NCBI GenBank assembly: GCA_964535845.1 | Contig: CAZHTO010000001.1 | Coordinates: 1 to 36,481 of the forward strand | DNA length: 36,481 nt | Reading direction: 5' to 3' | Origin: an uncultured Demequinaceae bacterium | GTDB lineage: Bacteria > Actinomycetota > Actinomycetes > Actinomycetales > Demequinaceae | Shown: one piece after another, positions 19,101 through 30,819 of the stretch | Layout: each line of letters begins with the position of its first letter | How positions within the stretch are numbered: the first letter of the stretch is position 1 | Made by a program: the position numbers and the translations under genes | Notes under the pieces: model-generated | What the model saw: only the letters and a program-made list of their open reading frames with translations | Told to the model about the DNA's origin: nothing | Databases searched by the model: none

Positions 19101-20719
19101 TCGAGCAGATTGGGCTCGGGGCCAATAGCGCCACCAATGGCTGTCACTAACTCTTCGCGAATGGCGTCCAACGGAGGGTTGGTCACTTGTGCAAACATCT
19201 GCGTGAAGTAATCGAATAGCAACCGCGGACGCTCAGACAGCACTGCGATAGGCGTATCTGAGCCCATCGCACCAATGGGTTCGGCGCCCTCCTTGGCCAT
19301 GGGGGTCAACAGCCGCTTGAGTTCCTCGTCGGTGTAGCCAAAAGCGCGCTGGCGCCTTTTGACCGATGACCGCGAATGCACCACGTGCTCACGCTCAGGG
19401 ACCTCAGCTAAGCGCACGGCGTTGTCGCGCACCCACTCTTCGTAAGGATGCTCATCACTGAGCTGCGATTTGACCTCTTCGTCCTCGACAATGCGCCCGG
19501 CACCAGTGTCTACCAGCAACATCCTGCCCGGCTGGAGGCGTCCCTTACGCACAACTTTGGTGGGGTCAATATCGAGTAGCCCTGCTTCGGAACCGGCAAC
19601 GACCAGTCCGTCGTCGGTGAGCCAAAAACGCCCAGGACGCAAACCGTTGCGGTCCAAAGTGGCACCAATCACTGTGCCGTCGGTGAAGTGCAGCGCCGCG
19701 GGTCCGTCCCAAGGCTCCATAAGCGTCGAGTGATACTCGTAGAAAGCGCGCCTTGCAGGGTCTATTTCACTGTTGTTTTCCCATGCCTCCGGCATCATCA
19801 TCAACACCGCGTGAGGCATGGAGCGACCAGCAAGGTGTAGCAACTCGAGGGCCTCGTCAAAGGAGGCGGTGTCTGACGCAGATGGAGTGCACACTGGCGT
19901 CAAATCCGCGAAGTCTCCCAGCAAAGCCGAACTCATGGTGCCTTCTCGTGCCGACATCCAGTTGCGGTTTCCCTGGACAGTATTGATTTCGCCGTTGTGG
20001 GCAATGCCCCGCAAGGGCTGGGCGAGCGCCCAAGACGGGAAAGTGTTGGTCGAGAAGCGGGAGTGAACTAGTGCAAGTTCCGACGCGAACAGCTCGTGCT
20101 TGAGGTCTGGGAACACCTGCTCGAGCTGATAAGTCGTCAACATGCCTTTGTACGTGAGTGTCCGGCATGACAGTGAAGCAAAAAAAGGCCCACCCTGGCG
20201 CTCAGAACGTTTGCGCACACGGTAGGCCTTGCGGTCGAGGTTGATGCCCGATTCGCCTTGAGCGGCGATCACCACCTGGCGGAAGTAGGGCATGGTCTCT
20301 CGGGCAGTAGGTCCGAGAGACGACGGGTCGACCGGCATGTCCCGCCAACCCAGAACATCCACGCCTTCTACCCTCGCCGCGCTCTCAAACGCGCGCACTT
20401 CGTCGTCTTCCGAGCCAGGGGTCAGAAACGCAATGCCCACGGCATAGGTGCCCGCCACGGGCAGATCAAAATCGACGACCTCGCGTAAGAATGCGTCAGG
20501 AACTTGAGTGAGGAGACCAGCGCCATCGCCCGTCTCAATCTCGGCGCCCACAGCGCCGCGGTGTTCGAGGTTCTTCAGTGCCGTCAGACCGTAGTCGACG
20601 ATATCCCGTCCGGGTGTGCCGCGGAGCGTGGCGACAAATGCCACTCCGCACGCGTCATGCTCATACGCGGGACTATAGAGGCCCTGCGCTGATGGGGTCG
20701 CTGAAACTACCTCGCCCAT
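16184..20719 (-). CDS. gltB: Glutamate synthase large subunit
   Basis: HDACGV (Ntn Cys), [17 protein letters not shown] and [13 protein letters not shown] motifs; 1511 aa. Confidence 0.98.
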   Translation of the reverse strand: MGEVVSATPSAQGLYSPAYEHDACGVAFVATLRGTPGRDIVDYGLTALKNLEHRGAVGAEIETGDGAGLLTQVPDAFLREVVDFDLPVAGTYAVGIAFLTPGSEDDEVRAFESAARVEGVDVLGWRDMPVDPSSLGPTARETMPYFRQVVIAAQGESGINLDRKAYRVRKRSERQGGPFFASLSCRTLTYKGMLTTYQLEQVFPDLKHELFASELALVHSRFSTNTFPSWALAQPLRGIAHNGEINTVQGNRNWMSAREGTMSSALLGDFADLTPVCTPSASDTASFDEALELLHLAGRSMPHAVLMMMPEAWENNSEIDPARRAFYEYHSTLMEPWDGPAALHFTDGTVIGATLDRNGLRPGRFWLTDDGLVVAGSEAGLLDIDPTKVVRKGRLQPGRMLLVDTGAGRIVEDEEVKSQLSDEHPYEEWVRDNAVRLAEVPEREHVVHSRSSVKRRQRAFGYTDEELKRLLTPMAKEGAEPIGAMGSDTPIAVLSERPRLLFDYFTQMFAQVTNPPLDAIREELVTAIGGAIGPEPNLLDATPEHARKILLDFPVIDNDELAKILHIDAVPNLQGIFSARKVRGLYRVSDGQEGLERRLTEIFAEVDQAVGDGVSFIVLSDRDSNQEFAPIPSLLLTSAVHHHLVRQHTRTRVSLLVEAGDVREVHHVALLIGYGGAAVNPYLAMETVEDLADRGYLGDVTPEQAFRNLIKALGKGVLKIMSKMGISTIASYRGAQVFEAVGLSRELVGRHFTGTPSQIDGVGLDVIAQEVAQRHADAYPASGDMPPHERLRTGGEYQWRRDGEEHLFDPHTVFTLQHATRTRRYDVFREYTDRVDDHSKRLMTLRGLLDFSSDRPAIDIEEVEPVSEIVKRFNTGAMSYGSISAEAHETLAIAMNRLGARSNTGEGGESPERLYDPERRSAIKQVASGRFGVTSEYLVNADDLQIKLAQGAKPGEGGQLPGNKVYPWIAATRHSTPGVGLISPPPHHDIYSIEDLKQLIHDLKNANPSARIHTKLVSEVGVGTIAAGVAKCKSDVVLISGQDGGTGASPLNSLKHAGAPWEIGLAETQQTLVLNDLRDRIVVQVDGQLKTGRDVMVAALLGAEEFGFATAPLVVEGCIMMRVCHLDTCPVGVATQNPELRERFTGKPEFVVNFFEFIAQQVREYLAQLGFRSIAEAVGHVEALDARAAVTHWKARGLNLEPVLVRPPEGSAITSAVAQDHGLDQALDRTLIELCADALNDGAHVSLDMPIRNVNRTVGTMLGHEVTKRYRGAGLPDGTIDITFNGSAGQSFGAFLPRGITLRLLGDANDYVAKGLSGGRVVVRPHREAMMDDSKDVIAGNVVGYGATGGEIFLRGLVGERFLVRNSGASAVVAGVGDHALEYMTGGTAVILGRTGRNLGAGMSGGTAYVLDLRRERVNPQAVAAGELEFAPLDAEDEAIVHRLISRHQEFTDSPRARDILQRWDEFRERFTRILPAQYARVRTALAELEADGGDLHAPGAWNSFLEVTGG

Positions 20720-20841
20720 ATCACCATCCCTTACCGTTGTCGGCCCATGCCGAGAACTTGTTGGTTTATTGGGGCGCCATTGTCCCAGGAGAACTCACGG
20801 GTGAAAAGACTACCGCGATTTTCGCTCAGGTAAAGACTGTT

Positions 20842-21807
20842 CTATGACTTTGCCGCATCGGTGTCGGCTTCATCACTTTCGTTCGGCGCATTCGATACGG
20901 CCGATGCGGGGGCTGAATTCTCGCTGTCTGGCTCCCCTGCCGCGTCAGAATCAGTCGCGAGTGCTGGGGCAGCGAGCATTTCGCGCGGTACCCGCTGCGT
21001 GATCTGAGCTTGGCGTCGACCGAGTACAACGAACATGGTGGCTGCCAACGTAAGCATCACGATCGAGACCCAGACGTTGATGCGTAGCCCTCCGACCGTG
21101 ACCGCCGTGTCGATCCGGACCATCTCGATCCACAGGCGACCACTGACGTAAACGCCCACATATAACCAGAAGGCCCTGCCTCCACGTAGGTCAAAACGCC
21201 TATCAAGCCAAATGATGAGCGCGGCGCCTGCGAGGTTCCACACCATCTCGTACAAGAACGTGGGGTGGAACGTCTCAAACTGCTCGTACCCCACAGGACG
21301 GTATGGCGCGTCAACCTGCAGTGCCCAGCCAACGGTAGTAGGAGCACCGAAGAGCTCTTGGTTGACGTAATTGCCGAGCCGCCCGATTGCTTGAGCGATC
21401 AAGACTGCTGGAGCGGTCGCATCGGCAAAAGCAGTAAAAGATGCTTTCTTGCGGCGGGCCCCTATGAAAGCTCCCAGAGCTCCGAACGCGACGGCACCCC
21501 AAATGCCCAGGCCGCCCTCCCAAATTCTGAGCGCCGCGAGCGGGTCTCCACCCTCACCAAAATATGGTCCTGGTGTGGAAACTACGTGGTAAATACGACC
21601 ACCGACAATGCCAAAAGGCACGGCCCACATGGCAATCTCGCCCACAGTTTCTGCGTCGCCCCCGCGTTCGACCCAGCGTCGCGTTGTGAGCCACAGTGCG
21701 AAGAAAATCCCTGCGAGAAGGCACAGCGCATAGGTGTGAATCGTGATGGGCCCAAGAGAGAAAGAGAGAATCCCTGGAGGCGGCGCCGGGATGGAGGTCG
21801 GTGTCAT
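20842..21807 (-). CDS. lgt: Prolipoprotein diacylglyceryl transferase
   Basis: GGRIYHV, WEGGLGIWG, RLGNYVNQELFG and HPTFLYE motifs. ATG 21807 overlaps the trpA stop. Confidence 0.95.
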   Translation of the reverse strand: MTPTSIPAPPPGILSFSLGPITIHTYALCLLAGIFFALWLTTRRWVERGGDAETVGEIAMWAVPFGIVGGRIYHVVSTPGPYFGEGGDPLAALRIWEGGLGIWGAVAFGALGAFIGARRKKASFTAFADATAPAVLIAQAIGRLGNYVNQELFGAPTTVGWALQVDAPYRPVGYEQFETFHPTFLYEMVWNLAGAALIIWLDRRFDLRGGRAFWLYVGVYVSGRLWIEMVRIDTAVTVGGLRINVWVSIVMLTLAATMFVVLGRRQAQITQRVPREMLAAPALATDSDAAGEPDSENSAPASAVSNAPNESDEADTDAAKS

Positions 21808-22604
21808 CGTCCCCTTCTCACGCCTTCGACAAGCTCGGCGCCCGTTTGTCGCAACGCGGCGAGGCCTGCCTCTGTGTCGCTGTTCTCCGTCAGGCACCGG
21901 ACAAAGGCGGTTCCGACAATAACACCGTCCGCGTAGCGTGCGACCTCTGCGGCGTGATCTGCAGTGGAAATACCTAGGCCCACGCACACATGCTTTGCAC
22001 CCGCTAGCCGTGCCTCTCCGACAACCCTCTCAGCCTCTTCGCCCACGGTTGATCGTTTGCCAGTGACGCCCATGACAGAGGTGGCGTAAACAAATCCCCT
22101 GCTCGCTTGGACCGTCATGTGCATACGCTCGCGAGTGGTTGATGGAGCCACCAAGAAGATGGTGTCCAGATCCTGGGCGCGAGCGGCAGCAATCCACTCC
22201 GGGCTGTTATCAGGTGTCATGTCTGGGGTGATGACACCGGCTCCCCCAGCCTCAGTGACGTTCTTAGCGAAGTTCTCGAGGCCATGCTGAAGCATCAAGT
22301 TGAAATACGACATGACCACCGCAGGCGCTCCAGCTGCAGTCACGGCCTCAATTGCTTTAAACGTGTCTTCTAGTCGCACTCCGCCGGAAATCGCGTGTGC
22401 AGCGGCATATTGAATAACGGGGCCGTCAAGAAGTGGGTCTGAATACGGCGGGCCAATCTCGATGATGTCGACCCCCACCTCCACAAGTGCCGTCATGGCG
22501 CGAATCGAGGTATCGACATCGGGGTAGCCCACCGGCAAGTACGCGATCAGCGCAGCGCGCCCTTCAGCGTTAATAGCGTCCAGGCGGTCGGTCAGTACGC
22601 TCAC
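21804..22604 (-). CDS. trpA: Tryptophan synthase alpha chain
   Basis: [17 protein letters not shown] and ADGVIVG motifs. GTG 22604 overlaps the trpB stop. Confidence 0.96.
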   Translation of the reverse strand: MSVLTDRLDAINAEGRAALIAYLPVGYPDVDTSIRAMTALVEVGVDIIEIGPPYSDPLLDGPVIQYAAAHAISGGVRLEDTFKAIEAVTAAGAPAVVMSYFNLMLQHGLENFAKNVTEAGGAGVITPDMTPDNSPEWIAAARAQDLDTIFLVAPSTTRERMHMTVQASRGFVYATSVMGVTGKRSTVGEEAERVVGEARLAGAKHVCVGLGISTADHAAEVARYADGVIVGTAFVRCLTENSDTEAGLAALRQTGAELVEGVRRGR

Positions 22605-23809
22605 TCGTCTACCTCCGCCAGCATGTCGAACCAACGGGCAGCCTGCTCCACATCTTTGTCGCCGCGGCCGGACAAGGTCACGAGCAGCGTGGCTTCAGGC
22701 CCTAGCTCACGACCTAACCGGAGCGCACCAGCGAGCGCGTGGGACGATTCAATAGCGGGCATAATTCCCTCGGTGCGGCTCAGCAGCCGGAATGCGTCCA
22801 TGGCCTCTGCATCCGTGACCGGCCAGTACTCCGCGCGCCCTATCTCGGCTAGCCAAGCGTGCTGCGGGCCAACTCCTGGGTAGTCCAATCCTGCAGAGAT
22901 GGAATGGGAGTCGGTGGTCTGCCCCTCCGTGTTTTGGAGGACGTAGGACCGCGATCCGTGCAGCACCCCTTGGGAGCCCGCGGTGATGGTCGCTGCATGG
23001 CGAGATGTTTCGACACCATCTCCAGCCGCCTCACACCCAATTAGACGCACCCCCTCGTCATCAAGGAAAGCGTCGAAGCTACCGATGGCATTTGATCCCC
23101 CACCAACACAAGCCAAGACTGCATCAGGCAGACCTCCGCGCTCGAGCAGTTGCTCACGTGCCTCGACACTAATGACTCGCTGGAAGTCACGGACCATCGC
23201 GGGGAAAGGGTGTGGACCGGCCGCGGTTCCAAAAACGTAAGACGTGGTCTCGACGTTGGCGACCCAGTCTCTAAAAGCCTCGTTGATGGCGTCTCTCAGC
23301 GTGCGGGTTCCTGCGGTGACGGGGATAACCTCGGCGCCGAGCAGACGCATACGAGCCACATTGAGTGCCTGCCGCTCAGTATCTTCTTCACCCATGTAAA
23401 TGACACATTCGAGATCCATGAGAGCGGCGGCTGTTGCGGTGGCCACGCCATGCTGCCCGGCTCCGGTTTCAGCAATCACACGACTTTTGCCGATGCGCTT
23501 GGTCAGGAGCGCTTGTCCCAGCACGTTGTTGATTTTGTGGGAACCGGTGTGGTTGAGGTCTTCGCGTTTAAGCAGCACAGTTGCGCCACCCGCGTGGCGA
23601 GCAAAACGGGGCACCTCGGTGATGATGGAAGGCCTGCCCGTGTAGTCCCGCGCCAACTGGTCGAGTTCGCCAAAGAAGGCCGGGTCAAGTCGTGCCTTGT
23701 CGTACGCATCAGTCAGCTCGTCGAGAGCCGCCATCAGGGCCTCAGGTACGAACTTACCTCCGAAGTCACCGAAGAACGGTCCAGGTGCGCTTTGGAGAGA
23801 CCCGCTCAC
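22601..23809 (-). CDS. trpB: Tryptophan synthase beta chain
   Basis: [23 protein letters not shown] and LSGRGDKD motifs. Confidence 0.98.
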   Translation of the reverse strand: MSGSLQSAPGPFFGDFGGKFVPEALMAALDELTDAYDKARLDPAFFGELDQLARDYTGRPSIITEVPRFARHAGGATVLLKREDLNHTGSHKINNVLGQALLTKRIGKSRVIAETGAGQHGVATATAAALMDLECVIYMGEEDTERQALNVARMRLLGAEVIPVTAGTRTLRDAINEAFRDWVANVETTSYVFGTAAGPHPFPAMVRDFQRVISVEAREQLLERGGLPDAVLACVGGGSNAIGSFDAFLDDEGVRLIGCEAAGDGVETSRHAATITAGSQGVLHGSRSYVLQNTEGQTTDSHSISAGLDYPGVGPQHAWLAEIGRAEYWPVTDAEAMDAFRLLSRTEGIMPAIESSHALAGALRLGRELGPEATLLVTLSGRGDKDVEQAARWFDMLAEVDE

Positions 23810-24615
23810 GGGCGAACCGCTCGCAATGCTGGGTGCGCACCTGCCGCAACCATCTCAGCCACGGCGGTCCGTGGGTTTTTGTTCTTCACGAGCGCTTCAC
23901 CAACAAGCACTGCGTCGGCACCCATGCGCGCATACTCCACAACGTCGTGAGAATCACGGATTCCTGACTCGGCAATCCGGATAATGCCATCCGGGATGGT
24001 AGGCACTACGCGGGCAAACGTGTGGCGGTCGACTTCGAGAGTCTTGAGGTTACGAGCGTTAACTCCGATAACACGAGCACCCGCGTCAACGGCACGCTTC
24101 ACTTCTTCTTCGTCATGCACCTCTACTAGCGCGCACATCCCAAGTGAGTGCACTCGCTCAACCAGGCTTTCAAGAGCCATCTGGTCGAGCGCCGCGACAA
24201 TCAACAGCACCATGTCGGCCCCATGAGCTCGCGCTTCCCACACCTGATACGGCGTGACTACAAAATCTTTACGCAGAATCGGGATGTCAACTTTACGGCG
24301 CACCGCATCGAGGTCATCTAGCGAGCCGCCAAAGCGTCGCTGTTCGGTAAGCACCGAGATAACGGTCGCTCCCCCAGCCTCATACTCAGTTGCGAGCGAC
24401 GCGGGGTCAGAAATATGAGCGAGTTCACCCTTGGACGGGCTCGACCGCTTCACTTCTGCGATCACAGAAACGGCGTCAGAAGCGAGCAGTGAACGCGCAT
24501 CAATGGCACACGGCAGTCGCGACGCGCGCTCCTTTAGCCTGTCCATTGACGTACCCGACTCGCGCACCTCAAGGTCTTCGCGTACTCCTGCGACGATGCT
24601 CTCCAGCACACTCAT
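23806..24615 (-). CDS. trpC: Indole-3-glycerol phosphate synthase
   Basis: [24 protein letters not shown] and AESGI motifs. Confidence 0.97.
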   Translation of the reverse strand: MSVLESIVAGVREDLEVRESGTSMDRLKERASRLPCAIDARSLLASDAVSVIAEVKRSSPSKGELAHISDPASLATEYEAGGATVISVLTEQRRFGGSLDDLDAVRRKVDIPILRKDFVVTPYQVWEARAHGADMVLLIVAALDQMALESLVERVHSLGMCALVEVHDEEEVKRAVDAGARVIGVNARNLKTLEVDRHTFARVVPTIPDGIIRIAESGIRDSHDVVEYARMGADAVLVGEALVKNKNPRTAVAEMVAAGAHPALRAVRP

Positions 24616-24900
24616 GGCCGCCCCCTTTCGTTAACACCCATGCTACCTCCGGGTCTGAGCCCCCGTGACCCGTTCACAGATGTACGACAGTCGTCCTCCA
24701 TGCCTGGCAGCGCCCCAATGGCCTCCGGGGTGCCGGCGCGCGTCATCCCTCACAAGGGAGTGAAGAAGGAAACGAGCATTGAAACGTTGTGCGAAACATC
24801 GGTCACCGCCATGGGCGACGAGCACAAGGCATGGGGCCGATAACGATAGAACCCCTGAGGCTGAAGATACGGGATGCAGCGCACCCGAGGATCGTGGTCG

Positions 24901-25137
24901 CTATTTAAGCGGCTGACCGTGGCCCAGTGCTCTGAGCACGGCACCGACGATGAGTGACACCGCCACAATGCCCACGCCAACCCACACTACGGGCCAGATG
25001 GGGAAGGCAAACCCCACTGCGCCGACGAGGAAGCCCAAGACAATTCCGACGTTGGTGACCCAGCCCGCAGTTGTCATACCGCTGTTTGGGAAGGCCTCGT
25101 CTGGGAGGTCGTCCGGGCCAATCTCAATGCTTGACAT
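24901..25137 (-). CDS. Small two-TM membrane protein, HGxxPAAW-like
   Basis: AAGGAG SD, two hydrophobic helices and a C-terminal LRALGHGQ; sits at the usual trpE-trpC position. The motif reads NSGMTTAGW. Confidence 0.75.
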   Translation of the reverse strand: MSSIEIGPDDLPDEAFPNSGMTTAGWVTNVGIVLGFLVGAVGFAFPIWPVVWVGVGIVAVSLIVGAVLRALGHGQPLK

Positions 25138-25166
25138 TCATTCTCCTTGCCAGTCGTGCGCCTAGT

Positions 25167-26714
25167 CTAGCCGCGTGGTACCCGGCGCAAGCGCGACGCG
25201 AGCGATATTGCACGCATCATGGCCGCAGCCTTGTCTCTTGTCTCTTGCGCCTCAGTCGTAGGGACTGAGTCGGCCACGATGCCTGCTCCCGCTTGGACAT
25301 GGGCAACTCCAGATTCGAGGAGTGCCGTGCGAATCGCGATCGCCATATCCATATCGCCCGCGAAGTCGAAATAACCGACAGCACCACCGTAGAACGCACG
25401 GCGAGCAGGCTCGATTTCATCAATAAGCGCGATTGCCCGCGGTTTTGGAGCACCTGACAGGGTGCCAGCAGGGAACGTCGCTTCGAAAACGTCAACTGAA
25501 TTAAAGGTGGGTTCGAGCTCCCCCACGACGGTCGAGCAAATATGCATCACGTGGCTATAGCGGTTGACCTTCATGAAATCCACCACCTCAACGGTCGTGG
25601 GAACACACACCTTCACCAGGTCATTGCGTGCGAGGTCAACCAGCATCACGTGCTCAGCGCGTTCTTTAGGGTCAGCGAGCAAGTCGTCTTCAAGGCTCCG
25701 GTCTTCTTCAGGAGTGTCGCCCCGTCGACGCGATCCCGCGATGGGGAAGGTCGATACCCGGCCTCGATGTACCGCTGCGAGCGACTCAGGACTTGCGCCG
25801 ACGACCGCAAACTCGCGGCCCATGTCGTCCTGGAGCTCAAAGTAGTACATGTATGGGCTTGGATTGATGGTGCGTAGTACCCGGTACACATCTAGCGCAG
25901 ACGCTGAGCTTTCGATATCAAAACGCTGTGCGGGCACCATTTGGAACACTTCGCCATCACGAATGGCGTCCTTTGCGAAGGACACCATGTGCTCGTACTC
26001 GCCAGGCTCGCTACGGTCCCGCACTACCGGTTCGGGTGCAGACTCGTCGAGAGCCGACACTTCACCCACTGCACCCTCGACCAACTGGCGCTGCATCGCA
26101 TCCAAGCGCCCCACCGCATCGGCGTACGCCTGGTCAATACCGGTCTCTTCCGCATCGGCGTTTACCGCATTGGCAATTAGCCACACTGACCCGTCCTGAT
26201 GGTCAAGTGCGGCGATATCGGTGGCAAGCAGCAAGTGCGCATCTGGAACCTCAATGTCCTTAGGCGCTTTTTGCGGCAACGTGGGCTCCCACTGCCGCAC
26301 GATGTCCCAGCCCAATACTCCGACCAAGCCACCAGTCAGCGGGGGCAGGCCCGGGATGGGTTCCGAACGTAGTTCCGCAAGGGTCGCACGAATGACATCC
26401 ATGGGTGCGCCGTCAGCGATGCCCACGGGCACATCGCCCGCCCAACGTGCCTCATCCCCATCAATAGTGAGCGAGGCTTGCGAGCGCACGCCTACGAACG
26501 AATAGCGCCCACGGGTGCCATCGGGCTCGGCTGACTCGAGAATAAAGGTCCCGGGGCGGCCTTGCGCGAGAGTGCGGTACATCGCGACCGGAGTCAACGA
26601 GTCAGCGAGTATGCGTCTGACGACGGGCACCACTCGGTGGGTTCGGCCTAACTCAACGAACCCCTTCAGATTCGGCCAAGTCTGGCCCCATTCGACGCTT
26701 ACCGGCCCACTCAT
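25167..26714 (-). CDS. trpE: Anthranilate synthase component I
   Basis: [28 protein letters not shown] and [11 protein letters not shown] motifs. Confidence 0.96.
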   Translation of the reverse strand: MSGPVSVEWGQTWPNLKGFVELGRTHRVVPVVRRILADSLTPVAMYRTLAQGRPGTFILESAEPDGTRGRYSFVGVRSQASLTIDGDEARWAGDVPVGIADGAPMDVIRATLAELRSEPIPGLPPLTGGLVGVLGWDIVRQWEPTLPQKAPKDIEVPDAHLLLATDIAALDHQDGSVWLIANAVNADAEETGIDQAYADAVGRLDAMQRQLVEGAVGEVSALDESAPEPVVRDRSEPGEYEHMVSFAKDAIRDGEVFQMVPAQRFDIESSASALDVYRVLRTINPSPYMYYFELQDDMGREFAVVGASPESLAAVHRGRVSTFPIAGSRRRGDTPEEDRSLEDDLLADPKERAEHVMLVDLARNDLVKVCVPTTVEVVDFMKVNRYSHVMHICSTVVGELEPTFNSVDVFEATFPAGTLSGAPKPRAIALIDEIEPARRAFYGGAVGYFDFAGDMDMAIAIRTALLESGVAHVQAGAGIVADSVPTTEAQETRDKAAAMMRAISLASRLRRVPRG

Positions 26715-27076
26715 GTGCTCGCCTCCTCAGCGTAAGTACCCACCAGTTCGCCGCCGCTGTCAAAACAGCGCACCGCACCGGTGTGGCACGCAGGACCTAC
26801 TTGAGTCACGGTCAACACCACCGCATCGCCATCGCAATCAAGTTCCACTTTATGGACATGCTGAATGTGGCCTGACGTGTCGCCTTTTCGCCACATTTCA
26901 GAACGTGATCGGCTCCAGTAAACCGCACGGCCGCTAGTAAGAGTGCGATGTAGAGCCTCATCATTCATCCACGCGACCATCAGGACGTCACGCGTAGATT
27001 GCTCTTGAACCACCGCACAGATAAGGCCATCGTCGGTGCGCTTAAGGCGCGAGGCGATGTCAGCGTCGAGAGGCAT
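26711..27076 (-). CDS. hisI: Phosphoribosyl-AMP cyclohydrolase
   Basis: [18 protein letters not shown] and ACHTG..CF motifs. Confidence 0.96.
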   Translation of the reverse strand: MPLDADIASRLKRTDDGLICAVVQEQSTRDVLMVAWMNDEALHRTLTSGRAVYWSRSRSEMWRKGDTSGHIQHVHKVELDCDGDAVVLTVTQVGPACHTGAVRCFDSGGELVGTYAEEAST

Positions 27077-27172
27077 GCGCCTATCCTTCCAGATCATTGC
27101 CTCGATAGTGACGAGGCGGTATCAATGCAGTGCCCGAGTGCGCGAGCCGTCTCGCGGCGGGGCGAGCCCTCA

Positions 27173-28948
27173 CTAATCCCGAGTCTGTGACTCCCAGGCT
27201 GCGTGAAGACTTGCGTAAATTCCGCCCCCGTCGACCAACTCACGGTGGGGTCCAACTTCGACGAGCTGCCCCTGGTCCATGACCGCCACTAGATCTGCGC
27301 GCTCCGCCGTGGATAGTCGGTGCGCAATGACTACGGCAGTGCGGCCCTGCATGAGCCCCTCGAGCGCACGAGAGATCCGCACTTCGGTCGCGGGGTCGAC
27401 GGCACTTGTCGCTTCGTCCAGGATCAGCACATCAGGGTCGCGCAGGTATGCCCTTGCAATCGACACCAATTGCCGCTCCCCCGCGCTTAGCAATTCTCCA
27501 CGCGGCCCGACTGGGGTGTCGAGCCCGAGCGGTAGCGCCCCTACCCAGGCGTCAAGGCCAAGCGATTCGAAGGCAGCTAGCGACCGTCTCTCAAGATCTT
27601 CTGGAGCCGCATCTGGCAATGCGTAAGACAAGTTACTCAAGACAGTTCCTTCAAACAGGAATCCTTCTTGAGGAACTACCGCGACAGACCTGCGAAGCGA
27701 GTCCATGGGCACTTCGCGAAGGTCGACTCCACCCACGCGAATCGATCCCTCGGTGGGGTCAAAGAACCGCGATAAGAGGCGCGCTAGCGACGTCTTTCCT
27801 GAGCCAGTCGCACCCACCAACGCGATGCGCCGGCCAGAAGGCACATGTAGATCGATGCCCTTGAGCACTTCCGGTCCGCCGGGGTAGGTAAGCCGCACCC
27901 CAGTAATGTCGAGGTCCCCTTGCCCGTGAGGAATCTCAGTGCCGTCCTCGCCGGGGTCGCCTACAGTCACGTCCTCGTCAACCAGTTCAAGCACCCTCCT
28001 CCAACCCACGAGGGCACGTTGCATTTCTGCGAGCATCTCGATGATCCACATGAGAGGACCCGCGAACGCGTATACCAAGAAGGCGAAGGCCACGACAGTT
28101 CCTACGGAGATATCGCCTCGTATGGCGAACACTGTGCCACCCACGAGCGCTAGTCCACTCGCAAGTGATTGGCCCACCACGGTGGACGAAAAGTTGAGCG
28201 AAGAAAGCAACGATGCTCGACGTTCGGCCACCAGAATGTCGTCTATCTCGTCGTGTAATTGGCGACGCATGCGCTGTTGCACGCCATACGAACGAATAGT
28301 CGCTACACCTACAAGCTGTTCGGATGTCCGTCCCAGCAGATCCGCAGTCTTAGAGCGCACGCCTTGGAAGGCATCTCGTACGCGCGGCTGAATCCACAGT
28401 AGCGACGCCACCATTGGGAAGAAAGCCAACAATACGAGCAACGATAGTTGCCATGAATACGCCAGCATCACCACGAAGATCACTAATGACTCGAGCGCAG
28501 AGATAATCATCGCCGCGCCAGTCCACTGCATAAGGTCGCGCATAGTCTCAACGTCGCCCGTGACCCTGGACACGTACCGGCCACGTTGCTCTTCGTTCTG
28601 CGTCAATACGGAGAGCTCGTGGACCTTGCCAAATGCGCGAATTCGCAAGGTGGCAAGACCCTTCTCTGCAGCGGTCACCATACGCACCCGCACACGCCAT
28701 GCCAGCACCGTCGCGATTACCAGAACAACGACTCCCCCCACCACGTGCTTCACCACCACGTCGACGTCGACGCCTCCGGGAGCGAGCAAACCTAGGTCTG
28801 TGACGCGTTGAGTCAAGAACGGCACTGCGGCACGGCCCATGGCGGCAAACGTGGCGAGCACCAAGGTCACGACAAGTCCTTCGCGGAACTCAGGACTCAC
28901 CTGTAGTCCGCGGCGGAACAGTTGGCCAATACTCACGTTTTCACTCAT
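27173..28948 (-). CDS. ABC exporter half-transporter (TMD+NBD), consensus-Walker-B subunit
   Basis: N-terminal TMD; GATGSGKTS, LSAGERQ, ILDEATS and IAHRLS motifs. Confidence 0.92.
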   Translation of the reverse strand: MSENVSIGQLFRRGLQVSPEFREGLVVTLVLATFAAMGRAAVPFLTQRVTDLGLLAPGGVDVDVVVKHVVGGVVVLVIATVLAWRVRVRMVTAAEKGLATLRIRAFGKVHELSVLTQNEEQRGRYVSRVTGDVETMRDLMQWTGAAMIISALESLVIFVVMLAYSWQLSLLVLLAFFPMVASLLWIQPRVRDAFQGVRSKTADLLGRTSEQLVGVATIRSYGVQQRMRRQLHDEIDDILVAERRASLLSSLNFSSTVVGQSLASGLALVGGTVFAIRGDISVGTVVAFAFLVYAFAGPLMWIIEMLAEMQRALVGWRRVLELVDEDVTVGDPGEDGTEIPHGQGDLDITGVRLTYPGGPEVLKGIDLHVPSGRRIALVGATGSGKTSLARLLSRFFDPTEGSIRVGGVDLREVPMDSLRRSVAVVPQEGFLFEGTVLSNLSYALPDAAPEDLERRSLAAFESLGLDAWVGALPLGLDTPVGPRGELLSAGERQLVSIARAYLRDPDVLILDEATSAVDPATEVRISRALEGLMQGRTAVVIAHRLSTAERADLVAVMDQGQLVEVGPHRELVDGGGIYASLHAAWESQTRD

Positions 28949-30819
28949 CCGACAAAACCTGCATCCTCGTCGGCCTGACGTTTGGAGTCTTCCTCGTAGG
29001 CCATCACCAACTCGCGATACCCGGCGTCACGGGCCAGCAATTCCGCATGCGTCCCTGAGTTAGTCACTCGTCCACCATCGAGATGAACCACGTGATCGGC
29101 TAGCAATATCGATGCGAGCCGGTAAGCGATGATCAACACCGTCGGCCCCGAGCCGTCAGCACTGAGTCCCCGCAAAATTTCTTGCTCAACTCTGGGGTCA
29201 ACGGCGGACGTCGCGTCGTCGAGCACCAACACCCGTGGCTTGCGTACCAGTGCACGAGCGAGCGCCAGCCGCTGGCGCTGGCCACCGGACAAGTTCATTC
29301 CTCGCTCAGCGAGCACCGCATCTAAGCCGGTGCGTCCTCCCGAACCAACTGCCTCAACGACATCGATGACGTTGGCACGTTCGAGTGCTTCCCACACCTG
29401 GTCATCGTCGAAGTCTTCACCGAGGGTGACGTTCTCACGAACCGTTCCCGCAAACACAAAGGCCGTCTGAGGAGCAAGCGCAACGTGGTCGTCCAAGTGA
29501 GCAATGGTGGCGAGGTCGATCCCGTCGAGGGTGATCTCGCCTTCGATAGGCCGGGCGAGCCGGGAGGCCGCGAGCGCAACAGTCGACTTCCCTGACCCCG
29601 TAGCGCCGACAAGCGCAGTGACTGTACCTGGGGCCAGGTCAAGCGAGACACTGCGCAAGATCACTGCGAGGTTGCCGTCGCCGTCGTCGGCTCCGATATC
29701 CGCGTTCACAAAGCGCATGGCGCCTGCCCCGTCCTTTTCCACGGTGCGGTGTCCCGGTTCGTCGATTTCGGTCGCGGCCTGCGCTATCTCCCCCACCCGT
29801 CTGAAGGCGACAAGTGCTTGCGGCATTTGCCCTAGTACCCATCCGAGGCCACGAATGGGCACGGCCATGAGCGTGACGAGATAGATGGCGGACACCACAT
29901 TGCCAACTGAGACTGCACCCGAGTCGGCTCTATAGGCACCCACCACCATGAGCGCGACTGAGCCAAGCGGCACAATCAAGTCCATGAGCGGCTCGAACCA
30001 GGCACTGGTGCGGCCTACCCGCGTGTCGGCATCCTGGAGCCCTCGAGCGGCCCGCGCAAATCGGTTGGTCTCCCGCTGCTCGGCGCCGAGAGCCTTGACC
30101 ACCGTGCCGCCTTCGAAACTCTCATGAGCGATGGATGAGACGTCTGCCCGTAGCGACTGGCCGCGGTCCCAACGCGGCGTGATGATTTTCTCGTAGGCAA
30201 GGTTGATCGCAAAAATGATTGGCACAACAGCTAATCCGGTGATCGCGAGCCACGGATCCATGCGCCACATTGAGAAGCCTGCCGCGAACATCATCACGAA
30301 CGAACCGACGGTGAAGGCGAACGGATGTAGCGTGTTGGTGGCGCTTTCAGAGTCCGAAGACATTGCGGACAGAATGCGACCTGAAGAGTTAGACCGGTGC
30401 CATCCGAGCGGAAGGCTCGCAAGCGCATCGGCAATGACCCGGCGGTGGTGCGAGGCGACGCCAGCAACCGCGATGCCTTGGGTACCGCGGCGCAACCCCA
30501 CGAGGACCGCGTTGATGATCCCGAGCCCTAGGAATACCCCACCCGCCAGTAAAATCGCCTTGATTGGGTCTTGCGTGATTTCCCCCCACATGCCCTCGAT
30601 GGGGTCGCCAGCAACACCGGGGATCACGACTTGGTCAGTGATTTCGCCCAAGAGCGTGCCAAAAACGACTGTGAGGATTGAGAACACGGCCGCTGCGCCG
30701 ATGGCGAAGCTAAAGCGCCAGGTCTCGGTTCGCATCGCATGGCGCAGCAATTGCCCTGCCTTGCGGTTAAACGAGCCGGATAGCCGGTAGCCCTGCGCGT
30801 GCTGGTCGGACGGAGTCAC
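28945..30819 (-). CDS. ABC exporter half-transporter (TMD+NBD), degenerate-site subunit
   Basis: GATGSGKST and LSGGQRQR motifs; Walker B VLDDATS (E to D) and switch IAYRL (H to Y). Confidence 0.92.
   Translation of the reverse strand: MTPSDQHAQGYRLSGSFNRKAGQLLRHAMRTETWRFSFAIGAAAVFSILTVVFGTLLGEITDQVVIPGVAGDPIEGMWGEITQDPIKAILLAGGVFLGLGIINAVLVGLRRGTQGIAVAGVASHHRRVIADALASLPLGWHRSNSSGRILSAMSSDSESATNTLHPFAFTVGSFVMMFAAGFSMWRMDPWLAITGLAVVPIIFAINLAYEKIITPRWDRGQSLRADVSSIAHESFEGGTVVKALGAEQRETNRFARAARGLQDADTRVGRTSAWFEPLMDLIVPLGSVALMVVGAYRADSGAVSVGNVVSAIYLVTLMAVPIRGLGWVLGQMPQALVAFRRVGEIAQAATEIDEPGHRTVEKDGAGAMRFVNADIGADDGDGNLAVILRSVSLDLAPGTVTALVGATGSGKSTVALAASRLARPIEGEITLDGIDLATIAHLDDHVALAPQTAFVFAGTVRENVTLGEDFDDDQVWEALERANVIDVVEAVGSGGRTGLDAVLAERGMNLSGGQRQRLALARALVRKPRVLVLDDATSAVDPRVEQEILRGLSADGSGPTVLIIAYRLASILLADHVVHLDGGRVTNSGTHAELLARDAGYRELVMAYEEDSKRQADEDAGFVG

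Noticed and set aside
24643-24825. 60-aa ORF upstream of trpC as a Trp attenuator leader peptide
   Set aside because: Single Trp codon, no SD and no U-tailed terminator. trpE itself overlaps hisI, leaving no leader.
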